Shown here: one piece after another, positions 37,782-47,543 of the stretch | Layout of the letters: each line of letters starts with the position of its first letter | Position numbering within the stretch: the first letter of the stretch is position 1 | NCBI GenBank assembly: GCA_965205015.1 | Contig: OZ242029.1 | Span: 1,984,001-2,048,000, forward strand | Direction: 5' to 3' | Length of the DNA: 64,000 bases | From: Candidatus Poribacteria bacterium | Lineage (GTDB): Bacteria > Poribacteria > WGA-4E > WGA-3G | The notes under the pieces: generated by a model | Databases searched by the model: none | Told to the model about the DNA's origin: nothing | The model's input: the letters and a program-made list of their open reading frames with translations, nothing else | Translations under genes and position numbers: made by a program

Positions 37782-39578
37782 ATGCCTAAAAATTTCTGCT
37801 TTGCAACTGCACTCATAATGACTGTGCTTTTCGGATTCAGCTGTAATCAGCCAGAGAACACTAAAATGGAACATCATGTTAGTAGCAAACTTGAAACAGT
37901 ATCAGAGGATACTTCGAGCATAGATGAACACGCCAACCATACCGCAAGAGGGACATCCTCAGACGAAGCCAAAACGATCCGTTACTGGACATGTGTTATG
38001 CATCCGACGGTCAAAATGTCAGAACCTAACAATTGTCCAGTTTGTAAGATGGATCTGATTCCCATTTACGAAGGATCAGGACTGGAACTCACTGAGCAAC
38101 AAAAGGCGCTGATTCCAGTGCGTACTGAACCTGTTGCGTTCCGTGAGGTTTCCCGCGAAATTCGAACCGTCGGTGTTCTGGATTATAATGAGACCCGTAT
38201 GGCGTACGCTTCAACACGAATCTCCGGATGGATTGAGGACTTGCACATTGATTTCACAGGTATCAACGTGCGTGAAGGCGATGAGCTTTTATCTATCTAC
38301 AGCCCGGAATTGGTCACAGCGCAAGAAGAATACTTGACGGCACTTAAAAGCATTGAGGAACTGCAAAATACAGAATACGCTACACTTCGAAAATCAGTTG
38401 AACAGACCCTTACCGCTGCAAAATCCAAACTTGAATTATACGGATTGACCTTAGACCAGATTGAGGGGATACGCAACCGCGGAGAGGTCAGTACAACCTT
38501 ACCCCTGTTTGCACCGATAGCTGGTACTGTGGTTCACATGAACGTCACGGAAGGTCAACACGTGAACAAGGGGATGAATCTTTATCACATTGCCGACCTC
38601 AGTAGCTTATGGATTATGGCAGACGTTTACGAATATGAACTGCCTTGGATCTACATGGCGCAAGCGGTTGAAATTACGACGCAGTCGATGCCCGGACTAA
38701 CGTTTTCTGGTAAAGTCTCCTACATTTATCCATTCTTTGATGCCCAAACGCGGACCCAAAAAGTCCAGATAGAAGTCGCCAATCCCACTGGACGACTCCG
38801 CCCCGGGATGTATGTAACGCTTCAAATGAAGCCTACACTCGCAGAGATCTATACGCAAGGAGCTGTCTCGAATATTGCATCCGAGCCAATATCTGAAACA
38901 GAAGGGAAGTGGTCGTGTCCTATGCATCCAGAGGTGCAGTCTGATGAATTCGGAGAGTGTTCTATCTGTGGTATGGACCTCGTCGAAAAACAGGAGACCG
39001 AAACGGGAGGAAAATGGTCGTGTCCTATGCATCCAGAGGTGCAGTCTGACGAATTCGGAGAGTGTTCTATCTGTGGCATGGACCTCGTCGAAAAACAGTC
39101 AACTGATGCGCATTCTCACGGACATCAGTCTTTCACCTCGCCGACTGTTCCAGCAGATCAACCGCCACTAATTTTCAAATATGTGTGTCCTGATGATCCG
39201 GATGAATATGCGACCGTACCCGGCCTATGTCCACGGGACGGAAAACCCCTCCTTATGACAGGTGAAGTTTTAACTGTACCCAAAAGTGCAATCATTGACA
39301 CCGGTTTACGGAAGATTGTCTTTGTGGATCGGGGCGAATCAGGTTATGAACAAGTGGAAGTTGAAGTGGGTCCTGAGGCTTGGGGTACATCGAGCGGCTC
39401 AGAAACCAAACGCCGATACTATCCTATTGTGAGTGGGCTTACCCCTGGCGATATGGTTGTCACCCATGGCAACTTCCTGATAGATTCGCAGACGCAATTA
39501 ACAGGCTCCGCATCAGGGGCTTATGGCGGGGCACTCGGCGATGATGAATCAAAAGTATCGCCTGTCCATCAACATTAA
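37782..39578 (+). CDS. cusB: CusB-like RND periplasmic adaptor with multiple heavy-metal-binding domains
   Basis: WTCVMHP…CPVCKMDL, IYSPELVTAQEEY, LRPGMY, two WSCPMHP…CSICGMDL, GNFLIDS. Confidence 0.9.
   Translation: MPKNFCFATALIMTVLFGFSCNQPENTKMEHHVSSKLETVSEDTSSIDEHANHTARGTSSDEAKTIRYWTCVMHPTVKMSEPNNCPVCKMDLIPIYEGSGLELTEQQKALIPVRTEPVAFREVSREIRTVGVLDYNETRMAYASTRISGWIEDLHIDFTGINVREGDELLSIYSPELVTAQEEYLTALKSIEELQNTEYATLRKSVEQTLTAAKSKLELYGLTLDQIEGIRNRGEVSTTLPLFAPIAGTVVHMNVTEGQHVNKGMNLYHIADLSSLWIMADVYEYELPWIYMAQAVEITTQSMPGLTFSGKVSYIYPFFDAQTRTQKVQIEVANPTGRLRPGMYVTLQMKPTLAEIYTQGAVSNIASEPISETEGKWSCPMHPEVQSDEFGECSICGMDLVEKQETETGGKWSCPMHPEVQSDEFGECSICGMDLVEKQSTDAHSHGHQSFTSPTVPADQPPLIFKYVCPDDPDEYATVPGLCPRDGKPLLMTGEVLTVPKSAIIDTGLRKIVFVDRGESGYEQVEVEVGPEAWGTSSGSETKRRYYPIVSGLTPGDMVVTHGNFLIDSQTQLTGSASGAYGGALGDDESKVSPVHQH
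38910..39098 (+). repeat. Recent intragenic tandem duplication of a metal-binding domain, 105-bp period
   Basis: 84-bp units at 38910 and 39015 differ only by two synonymous changes. Confidence 0.9.
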
Positions 39579-39614
39579 GGCTCAGATAAGAGGCGTTGTT
39601 AAACGAAAATCTCT

Positions 39615-39647
39615 TAACCGATAACTGATAACCGACAACCGATAACC
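39615..39647. repeat. 7-bp repeat array, right arm of the 34691 element family
   Basis: TAACCGA-TAACTGA-TAACCGA-CAACCGA-TAACC. Confidence 0.7.
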
Positions 39648-39650
39648 ATT

Positions 39651-42600
39651 ATGATTAACCGAATTATCGAAATCTGCATGAAGAACCGCCTGTTGGTGTT
39701 AGTCATCTTTGTCTTTGTCACAATGACGGGTTGGTGGGCATTGAACCAGACCCCAATTGATGCTATGCCCGACATCGGTGAAAACCAGGTCATTGTCTTC
39801 GCCGATTGGCCCGGACGAAGTCCACGGGATATTGAAGATCAGGTTATCTATCCCTTGAGTATTACCCTGCTTGGAATCCCCGATGTCAAAGATGTTCGCT
39901 CGACTTCCATGTTTAGTTTTGGCTACATTAACATTATCTTTAAAGATGATGTTGATTTCTATTGGGCTCGTACACGGGTACTGGAGCGAATGAATCTGGC
40001 ACAAAGGGACATGCCGGACGGTGTTGTGCCGATCCTCGGTCCCGATGCAACGGGCGTTGGACAAGTGTTTTGGTACACCGTTGAGAACGGGTACTATTGT
40101 CCGAATCATCCGACGAGACGCTATGCGAAGCCTGGTAAATGCCCGGAAGATGGTGAAACGCTTATTGCCTCCAATCTGGAGCTTCATGAACTTCGGACAC
40201 TCCAAGACTGGACGGTTCGTTACTATCTCGCCTCTGCTGATGGCGTTTCCGAGGTCGCCTCGGTCGGTGGATACGTCAAACAGTATCAGATCGACATCGA
40301 TCCGAACACTTTATTGGCGTATGATGTGCCGTTATCAATGGTTTACAACGCCGTCCGAGGGAGCAACCTTGATGTTGGTGCCAAGGTTATTGAGGAAGGC
40401 GGAATGGAGTTCCTAATTCGCGGCTTAGGTTTCATCAAAAGCATCGCGGATATAGAAAACATCGTTGTCAAGGAGCATAACGGCGTACCCATCTACGTCA
40501 AAAACCTTGGAACAGTCAGCGAAGGTCCCGACTTTCGGCGTGGTGCTTTGGACAAGGCTGGAATCCCCGCAACCGGTGGGGTCGTTCTCATGCGCTACGG
40601 TGATAACCCACTGCGCGTCATTGAGAACGTCAAGGCGAAAATAGCGGAACTCACACCTGGACTTCCACCCGGCGTCCAAATTGTACCATTCTATGACAGG
40701 AGCCATCTCATTCACCGCGCAACGGACACGCTGAAAGAAACATTGACGGAGGAAATCATCGTCGCGGCGGTTGTTATCCTGCTTTTCTTAGGACAAGTTT
40801 CAAGTAGTCTCATAATAGCACTTGTCTTACCGATGGGAGTTCTCCTGTCGTTTGTAGGTATGCGGATTATCGGTTTACCTTCAAACATCATGTCAATGGG
40901 TGGCATCGCCATCGCAATTGGCGTTATGGTGGATGCAGGTATTGTAATGACAGAGAATATCGCGCGACATTTACGGGAACCCCATGCAGGCGAAAGCAAG
41001 CTGCAAGTTGCAACGCGTGCCGCTAAAGAGGTGGGTCCACCTATCTTCTTTGCAATGCTCATTGTTATTGTTGCATTCATACCTGTTTTTTCTCTTACCG
41101 GTCAAGCGGGTAAACTTTTCAAACCGCTTGCCTATACAAAAACGTTCGCTATGATTGGGGCAGCACTTTTGGCGATTAGCCTTGTGCCGGTTTTAGCCTC
41201 ATTTCTACTCACGGACCCAACCCGTACCCCGACGGGTATGATTTCCAAGTGGGTGGCACGGTTCTTTTCACTACTCAGCTGGCCCCTAAGAAAGTTAGCG
41301 GATGGGATTACATGGATACTCAGAACTCTCTATCGTCCGATTATTCGATTGGCTGTAAGAAATATTTGGACCAAACTCGCTGTTGTTGTTTTAGCGGGAT
41401 TGGCTTTTGTCGCAAGTATACCCTTGACGCCTTTCTATAAAAATATTGGACAAGAATTCATGCCGCCACTTAACGAAGGCGCATTGTTGTTTATGCCGGT
41501 GCTGCTCCCGGGTGCCTCGATTACGCAAGCGAAAGATGTAATGGCGAAACAGGACTTGATTATGAATCGATTCCCTGAGGTTTCACTTGTCGTTGGAAAG
41601 TTGGGGCGAGCGGCAACAGCAACCGACCCTGCCCCAATTGGCATGTTTGAAACCATTGTCAATATAGTTGACCCAGCAGAGTGGCCCCGACGGGCTATTA
41701 AACATAATTCGACAAGGGAACTCGTACACCACCTCGTCCAACGCTTAAAACGCCAGGAACTGATGAGTGAGGAGCATGTAAACCATATTAACACCGAGTT
41801 TCTGGATGACATTGTTAAAGCTGCCATAAAACGGTTTGATACCTTGGCGACGACATACCATAATTCTTATCTGTCAGTTGATGCGCGCGAGAAACTCTAT
41901 CGAATCTGGTTATTACGAATCCTTTTGGAGGAGCTCCTCTCCGAAGAGCGAACAGGCGCAATGGGATTGGAACAGGTCAGAATTGGAGAATCTGAGACAG
42001 AAACGAAACTTCATCGGATTGCCGAGGAAATTGAGCCGACCCTCAAGCATAAAACTTATTTTCGGACCAAAAACCGCAACGAACTTATCACCGAACTGAC
42101 GGAGGCGACCCGGATGCCGGGGGTTTCCCCTATTATGACGCAGCCCATACGCAATCGTGTTGATATGCTCGCGACAGGTATACAGACGCCAATTGGAATC
42201 AAAGTGTTTGGGAAAGACCTCGCCAAGATTGAAGAGATCGCAGTGCGGATTGAGCAGGAACTCCTTAAACTTCAGGGAGCACAAGGTCCCTATGCCGAGC
42301 GCATTGGGAATAAGCCGTACCTTGAATTTCACATCGATCGAGAGGAAGCCGCCCGCTACGGCATCCAAATCAAAACAGTTCAACAAATCATCATGACAGC
42401 GATCGGCGGCATGAATTTAACCCATACCGTTGAAGGGCGGGAGCGATTTCCAATTCGTATCCGGTACATGCGAGAATTACGGGATAATATTGAAGCACTC
42501 AAGCGTGTACTTGTGCCAACACCAAAAGGGCTACACATTCCACTTGAGCAACTCGTAAAAATCGAAAGACGACCGGGGCCCGCGAAGATCGCAAGCGAGA

Positions 42601-43319
42601 ATACGCTCCTCTTTTCCCGCGTTTTTTGTGATGTAGATGTTGACACGATTGGGCTGGTTGATTTTGTCACATTAGCCCAAAAAACACTTGATGAGAAAAT
42701 TAAGCCAACCTTGCCCCAAGGCTATTTCTACGCCTTTAGCGGACAGTATGAAGCGGAACTTGAAGCCCGCGATCGATTAACAATTGTTGTGCCGGTATGT
42801 ATTGCCGTCATCTTTATGTTGCTGTACCTCCAGTTCAAGTCACCGTCTGCGATGTTTTCAATCTTCCTTGCGATTCCCTTTGCATTCATCGGGGGTATGT
42901 GGATGCAGTGGTTGATGGCATACGTGCCAGAAGCACTCGGCGGCGGTTACGCTATTAAATACAGTACGGCAGTATGGGTCGGATATATAGCCTTGTTTGG
43001 CATAGCCGTCGAAGATGGAATCGTCTTAATTGAATATCTACTGCAGCGAGTCCGGAGTGGTGAACCTATTGATGAAGCGGTAATCAATGCCGGCTTATTG
43101 CGTGTCCGCCCTATCATCATGACCACAGCAACTACAGTCTTGGCGTTATTGCCGATCATGTTAGCAGAAATTAGCACGACTACCGGCGCAGAATTAATGA
43201 AGCCCATCGCGGTCCCTACCTTCGGTGGTATGGTCTCGGCGACGGTGGCTAACCTTATCTTGGCACCCGTGTTATTTTCTCTCTTCTATCCGATTGAGCA
43301 TTGGATTCGCCAACGGTAG
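39651..43319 (+). CDS. cusA: CusA-like heavy-metal (Cu/Ag-type) RND permease
   Basis: DFYWARTRVLE, NIMSMGGIAIAIGVMVD, EFMPPLNEG…FMP, DPAPIGMFET, RVRPIIMT. Confidence 0.93.
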   Translation: MINRIIEICMKNRLLVLVIFVFVTMTGWWALNQTPIDAMPDIGENQVIVFADWPGRSPRDIEDQVIYPLSITLLGIPDVKDVRSTSMFSFGYINIIFKDDVDFYWARTRVLERMNLAQRDMPDGVVPILGPDATGVGQVFWYTVENGYYCPNHPTRRYAKPGKCPEDGETLIASNLELHELRTLQDWTVRYYLASADGVSEVASVGGYVKQYQIDIDPNTLLAYDVPLSMVYNAVRGSNLDVGAKVIEEGGMEFLIRGLGFIKSIADIENIVVKEHNGVPIYVKNLGTVSEGPDFRRGALDKAGIPATGGVVLMRYGDNPLRVIENVKAKIAELTPGLPPGVQIVPFYDRSHLIHRATDTLKETLTEEIIVAAVVILLFLGQVSSSLIIALVLPMGVLLSFVGMRIIGLPSNIMSMGGIAIAIGVMVDAGIVMTENIARHLREPHAGESKLQVATRAAKEVGPPIFFAMLIVIVAFIPVFSLTGQAGKLFKPLAYTKTFAMIGAALLAISLVPVLASFLLTDPTRTPTGMISKWVARFFSLLSWPLRKLADGITWILRTLYRPIIRLAVRNIWTKLAVVVLAGLAFVASIPLTPFYKNIGQEFMPPLNEGALLFMPVLLPGASITQAKDVMAKQDLIMNRFPEVSLVVGKLGRAATATDPAPIGMFETIVNIVDPAEWPRRAIKHNSTRELVHHLVQRLKRQELMSEEHVNHINTEFLDDIVKAAIKRFDTLATTYHNSYLSVDAREKLYRIWLLRILLEELLSEERTGAMGLEQVRIGESETETKLHRIAEEIEPTLKHKTYFRTKNRNELITELTEATRMPGVSPIMTQPIRNRVDMLATGIQTPIGIKVFGKDLAKIEEIAVRIEQELLKLQGAQGPYAERIGNKPYLEFHIDREEAARYGIQIKTVQQIIMTAIGGMNLTHTVEGRERFPIRIRYMRELRDNIEALKRVLVPTPKGLHIPLEQLVKIERRPGPAKIASENTLLFSRVFCDVDVDTIGLVDFVTLAQKTLDEKIKPTLPQGYFYAFSGQYEAELEARDRLTIVVPVCIAVIFMLLYLQFKSPSAMFSIFLAIPFAFIGGMWMQWLMAYVPEALGGGYAIKYSTAVWVGYIALFGIAVEDGIVLIEYLLQRVRSGEPIDEAVINAGLLRVRPIIMTTATTVLALLPIMLAEISTTTGAELMKPIAVPTFGGMVSATVANLILAPVLFSLFYPIEHWIRQR

Positions 43320-43345
43320 AAGATATATATCAAATGGGAGGAGTC

Positions 43346-43960
43346 ATGAAACTTCTAACGACATTCAGCACCTGCATACTCATCACTCTTATCGGGTTTC
43401 CATCTGTTGGCACTGCGCTTGAATTTGAAAAATACTTACATGTTGCAAAAGGTAGTGTAATAAGCAACGGTCGCGGATTAGCGATCACCGATGACGAACT
43501 GGAAACCGCACGCACTGAAGAGTTTTCAGTGGGGTTTCAATTGATGCCTGCCCTTCGGTTCTCAGTTCCATTCGGCAGTTACACCGTGGATACCCGCGCT
43601 GGCAACGCCGATGTCCTGCCCTTTGGAACGTTGAATGTTGAGACCGTTGGTATGATGTTGACTTTGAGTGGACGTGGGAAGTGGGCACCATTTATTGGAC
43701 TCGGAACAAATTTCTATGCCTTTTCTGAACAATTTGCTGCGCCTGCAAATATCGAGAACACTTTTGGCGCCGAAGCGTCTACTGGACTCAACATAAGACT
43801 TATCGACAGCATTTTCGAGGTGGCACAGTTATACGGATCGTTCGGCTATCAGTTCAGTTTTTTAAGACCGGGGATTAGCGTTCCTACCAGACCTGACGTT
43901 GAAGCGTTATCGTTAAACCGACATAGCATCACCTTCCGATTAGAAATCTTAGGATTATAG
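43346..43960 (+). CDS. Small outer-membrane beta-barrel (OmpW/OmpA-barrel-like)
   Basis: GGAGG RBS, signal peptide, APFIGLGTNFY, alternating strands. Confidence 0.6.
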   Translation: MKLLTTFSTCILITLIGFPSVGTALEFEKYLHVAKGSVISNGRGLAITDDELETARTEEFSVGFQLMPALRFSVPFGSYTVDTRAGNADVLPFGTLNVETVGMMLTLSGRGKWAPFIGLGTNFYAFSEQFAAPANIENTFGAEASTGLNIRLIDSIFEVAQLYGSFGYQFSFLRPGISVPTRPDVEALSLNRHSITFRLEILGL

Positions 43961-44093
43961 CGAAGGTATTAAGGTGTCCAAGGGCTGTGGCTGGCTTAAA
44001 CGGTGATCTACAGTAAAAGTCTTGCAAAAATAAAGATTTCTGGTAAACTTACGCATACTGATGAAGACATATAACGCTATAAGGAGATTATAG

Positions 44094-45071
44094 ATGTTTT
44101 TCCAAATCTGTCGGGGTCCTCGAACAAGTATTCTGTTAGCACTTATTTTTTTCATACTGAGCATGCCACTACTCAGCAACGCTCGTGAAACAAACGGGGA
44201 CGATCAAAAACTGGCGGCTATTTTCCCAAAAGCCAAGAAATTTGTTCAACGGAACCCCGTTTTGACGCCAGACCAGACAGTTTCTATTGAAAAGCAACTC
44301 GGAATTAAACTTCAATCGGAAGACCTGAAACCGATTTTCTACATTCCAATCAGCGAAAAAAAGAAACCTATGGGCTTGGTGTTGTTTACTGATGTAAAGG
44401 GACCCAGGGGCGTTATTGAAGGGTCCGTTGGATTGGATATGCGAGGGAAAGTCGTAAAAGTAAAAATTTATGAACACAAAGAATCAAACGCTATTACGGA
44501 AGAGGAATTTCTTCAGCAGTTCATCGGTATGGGTATAGACAATGCTTTTAAGGTGGGAGTGGACGTTGAAGCTATTGACGGGTATGAAGACGCTTCAAGC
44601 GGGGTCGCTCTAATTCCGAAAAAAACGTTGGTAATGAGTTATGCCCTCTTCCTAAAACAGGAACCGAGGTCTGATGCCGAAGAAGCACCAATGCCTGAGG
44701 CACCAGAGGAAGAATTGCCTGAGGCTGAAGACTTAAAAACTCTTATGGCGTTGATGATAGATGACTATTTTGTGGTCGTCGATTATTTTGATGAAAAGGA
44801 GAGCAAAACCAAAGCCATTCGAGCCGCAAAACGACTCGCTAAATATGCAAAAGGCATTTCAAACTTCGAGCCACCCAAGAATGCAGATCAAACCGAAGAG
44901 TATACCTACTTACAAGACACATTTAGCGAAAACCTCCTCAAATTCGCTGAAGCACTTCAGACAGAAGGTATTTCTGACGAAACGCGCAAACAGTGGGACG
45001 CTATCGTTACTTTAGTCAATCAGGCACACCTCCGATTTAGTGAGGAAGAGATTGATTTGGACACGTATTAG
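44094..45071 (+). CDS. Secreted FMN_bind-like domain protein with helical C-terminal domain
   Basis: IFPKAKKF, VKGPRGVIE…GKVVKVKIYEHKES…FLQQFIG. Confidence 0.65.
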   Translation: MFFQICRGPRTSILLALIFFILSMPLLSNARETNGDDQKLAAIFPKAKKFVQRNPVLTPDQTVSIEKQLGIKLQSEDLKPIFYIPISEKKKPMGLVLFTDVKGPRGVIEGSVGLDMRGKVVKVKIYEHKESNAITEEEFLQQFIGMGIDNAFKVGVDVEAIDGYEDASSGVALIPKKTLVMSYALFLKQEPRSDAEEAPMPEAPEEELPEAEDLKTLMALMIDDYFVVVDYFDEKESKTKAIRAAKRLAKYAKGISNFEPPKNADQTEEYTYLQDTFSENLLKFAEALQTEGISDETRKQWDAIVTLVNQAHLRFSEEEIDLDTY

Positions 45072-45115
45072 CTGCGAGTGCTGCAGCTGTTGGTTGAATT
45101 TTGATTGGAGACAGT

Positions 45116-46504
45116 ATGAGAAAGTGGATATATTATTTGTGTATCGTCAGTCTATTGGTGTGCACATTGCCAACATCGGCACAGGTGCGTCCGCCTCGAC
45201 GGAAACACAGGATCATCGTGGATCCGGGGGCGAAGAAGGAAAAGCCCCTCGAGGCGGATATAGGGGCAAACCTTAAGGACATCGCAAAACGCGCAACGCA
45301 GCACGCTCAGAATCCAAAGGTGGATGTCGTCTTCGTTGTTGACGGTGGAAAACAGATGTTGGGACATCTCGCCGCCCTTGAAAAAAGATTTGTCGATATG
45401 CTCACCGTTATAGAGGCGAAAACGATGGACTACAGATTCGCCTTGGTGGGTTTCCATTCAGTATACGGAGAGCCACGCGTCAATTTCCATCAATGGACAT
45501 TTGACTATCTCAATATTGAAAAAGCTTTTCGGGAGATGCGAGTCGAATCCGGAAACAACATTGAATCTGGGTATGGACTCGATGCTATCATTAAAGGCTT
45601 GAACGAGTTGGAATTCCGAGAAGACGCAAGAACGCAATTCGTTGTGGTGGCCGACGCTCGGCTGCGCACCTCATGGACAGAAGCAAAGGCGAAAAATAAA
45701 ATTAGCCAACAGATTATCGACCTTTGTCGCAGAAACAGTGTACAACTCAACTGCATCGGTATTAGCGAAAAGGTACAAGCGGAACTGACTGATGAAACGA
45801 ACGGTGTTTGGTATCCGATTGATTCAAACCAGCGGAAGATGGATGGACAGCGTATTCGGAGCGGTGCGACAATTGCCGACAAGGCACTACTTAGGATTGA
45901 TGGCTTGTTTAAACGTATTGCCGAGAATCTGGTTGCGAGTAACCCTGGTAAAGTGGACGTTGTGTTCGTCTTTGATTACAGTCTGAGTATGCAAACCAAG
46001 ACGGATCCCGCATGCGACGGTTTGGATCTCATGGTCTCTGTGTTCAACACGGCCGGATTAGATTACCGATTTGGGATTATCCGGTTTTGGGCGGCAGTTG
46101 GGGGCGGCGAAAGTACGATTGTTGTAACCAAACCGCCCTTGGAAGCAGAGCAGGTAAAGTCGCTATTTCGCCTCCCAAAAAACGGCGATGAGCATCTATT
46201 GGATGCCATCATGGAAGGCGTGCCAAAACTCCGCACCGAAGAAGGGCGTAACCTCGTCCTTATCATCGTCACAGATGAACCAACAAGCAAACGATCAGAA
46301 AAAGGGTATACCGCGGGCAAAGCAATTTCAGTATGTCGAGGGGCGTTTGCTCGGGTTTACGTCATCGGCGGGGTTACCTCCATGCGAAGCAACTCCATCG
46401 GAGATAATTTCCAACGGCAGGTCGCTCAGGTAACCAAAGGTGAACACTATATTATGCCGGGGGCATTGGCAAGGCAGGGCGTTGGGGCTGATGAGCGGCG
46501 GTAA
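45116..46504 (+). CDS. Secreted tandem vWA-domain protein
   Basis: VDVVFVVDGGKQM and VDVVFVFDYSLSM; DYRF; IIVTDE. Confidence 0.8.
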   Translation: MRKWIYYLCIVSLLVCTLPTSAQVRPPRRKHRIIVDPGAKKEKPLEADIGANLKDIAKRATQHAQNPKVDVVFVVDGGKQMLGHLAALEKRFVDMLTVIEAKTMDYRFALVGFHSVYGEPRVNFHQWTFDYLNIEKAFREMRVESGNNIESGYGLDAIIKGLNELEFREDARTQFVVVADARLRTSWTEAKAKNKISQQIIDLCRRNSVQLNCIGISEKVQAELTDETNGVWYPIDSNQRKMDGQRIRSGATIADKALLRIDGLFKRIAENLVASNPGKVDVVFVFDYSLSMQTKTDPACDGLDLMVSVFNTAGLDYRFGIIRFWAAVGGGESTIVVTKPPLEAEQVKSLFRLPKNGDEHLLDAIMEGVPKLRTEEGRNLVLIIVTDEPTSKRSEKGYTAGKAISVCRGAFARVYVIGGVTSMRSNSIGDNFQRQVAQVTKGEHYIMPGALARQGVGADERR

Positions 46505-46531
46505 GCGCACTGTCTCTCCACCCATAGTGAT

Positions 46532-47506
46532 TTATTGTAAGTTGAGTTCATCTGCCGTCTTGGCATGGATAGCGATAAGCGCAAAACAGGTTGACTGTAA
46601 ATTGGCAGTCGGTTCTGACAGTTCAATCGGTGTACTGCTGACGAAGCTGCCATCCTCCTGCCGCACATCTGTTAGATAATTGATAGCAATCCGGCGGGTG
46701 TTGAGGGGATCGTTTCCAGCGGCGAGTGCCATAATTGCAATCGCTGTGATTTCTGGATCGCTTGGACTGCCCTTATACCTTCCAAAGCCACCATCCTCAT
46801 TCTGGAATTGTTTGAGCCAGGCAATCTGGGCATCAATATCGTAAACAGTCTCCAAACCTTGGACCACCCAGGCTGTTATAAAAACGTCAGATCTGCTCCC
46901 GCGTTCTAATGCCCAGCCGTCATCGAAATTAATGCCTTTAGCCAGCCAATCCGCCCCTTTGGAGATCGGTTCAAAGTTTTGTTTGAAGCCGAGCCTCCTA
47001 AATCCAGTTAATACAGCGGCAGTGTAAAGAACGTTATCAGGACTCCGTTCCTTTTTTCCCCACGCACCACTACGATTCTGTGCTTTTTTTAGCCAGCGGA
47101 GCCCACTAAAACGGACTTCAGGATCGGTCTCTGCCGCTGCTAAGGCAATAAGCGCGAAGGTCGTATGTGCGGTGTTGTTATTCCAACTCCCGTTATCCGA
47201 CTGCGTATTTCTGAGGTACTGAACCCCGGTTCGGATGACCTGTGATCCGGTGCCCCAACCCGCATCGATCAACGCCCACACAGCAAAAGCGGTGACTTCC
47301 ACATCGCTTTCGTTACTCGCTAAAAGGGGCCAGCCCCCGTCTGGGTTTTGATGTTCCACAATATAGGTTTTCGCGCCTTCAATCGTTTGATAAAGCTGCG
47401 GTGTTTCCTGTTCTTCCGTAAGCAAAGTTTGCGCTGTATTCAGATCGGAACAACTCAACAAAATAAACCAACAGAATAGCGTCAGTATGCATTTGCAATT
47501 TTTCAT
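46532..47506 (-). CDS. Prenyltransferase/squalene-oxidase-repeat lipoprotein
   Basis: LLSC lipobox; QNPDGGW, QSDNGSW, QNEDGGF repeats. Confidence 0.85.
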   Translation of the reverse strand: MKNCKCILTLFCWFILLSCSDLNTAQTLLTEEQETPQLYQTIEGAKTYIVEHQNPDGGWPLLASNESDVEVTAFAVWALIDAGWGTGSQVIRTGVQYLRNTQSDNGSWNNNTAHTTFALIALAAAETDPEVRFSGLRWLKKAQNRSGAWGKKERSPDNVLYTAAVLTGFRRLGFKQNFEPISKGADWLAKGINFDDGWALERGSRSDVFITAWVVQGLETVYDIDAQIAWLKQFQNEDGGFGRYKGSPSDPEITAIAIMALAAGNDPLNTRRIAINYLTDVRQEDGSFVSSTPIELSEPTANLQSTCFALIAIHAKTADELNLQ

Positions 47507-47543
47507 CTTCCCACTCCTTAGGGCTTATCACTGTGAGAATCCC

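Noticed and set aside
46532-47506. Squalene-hopene cyclase
   Set aside because: Only ~320 aa, has a lipobox and lacks the DXDD motif.
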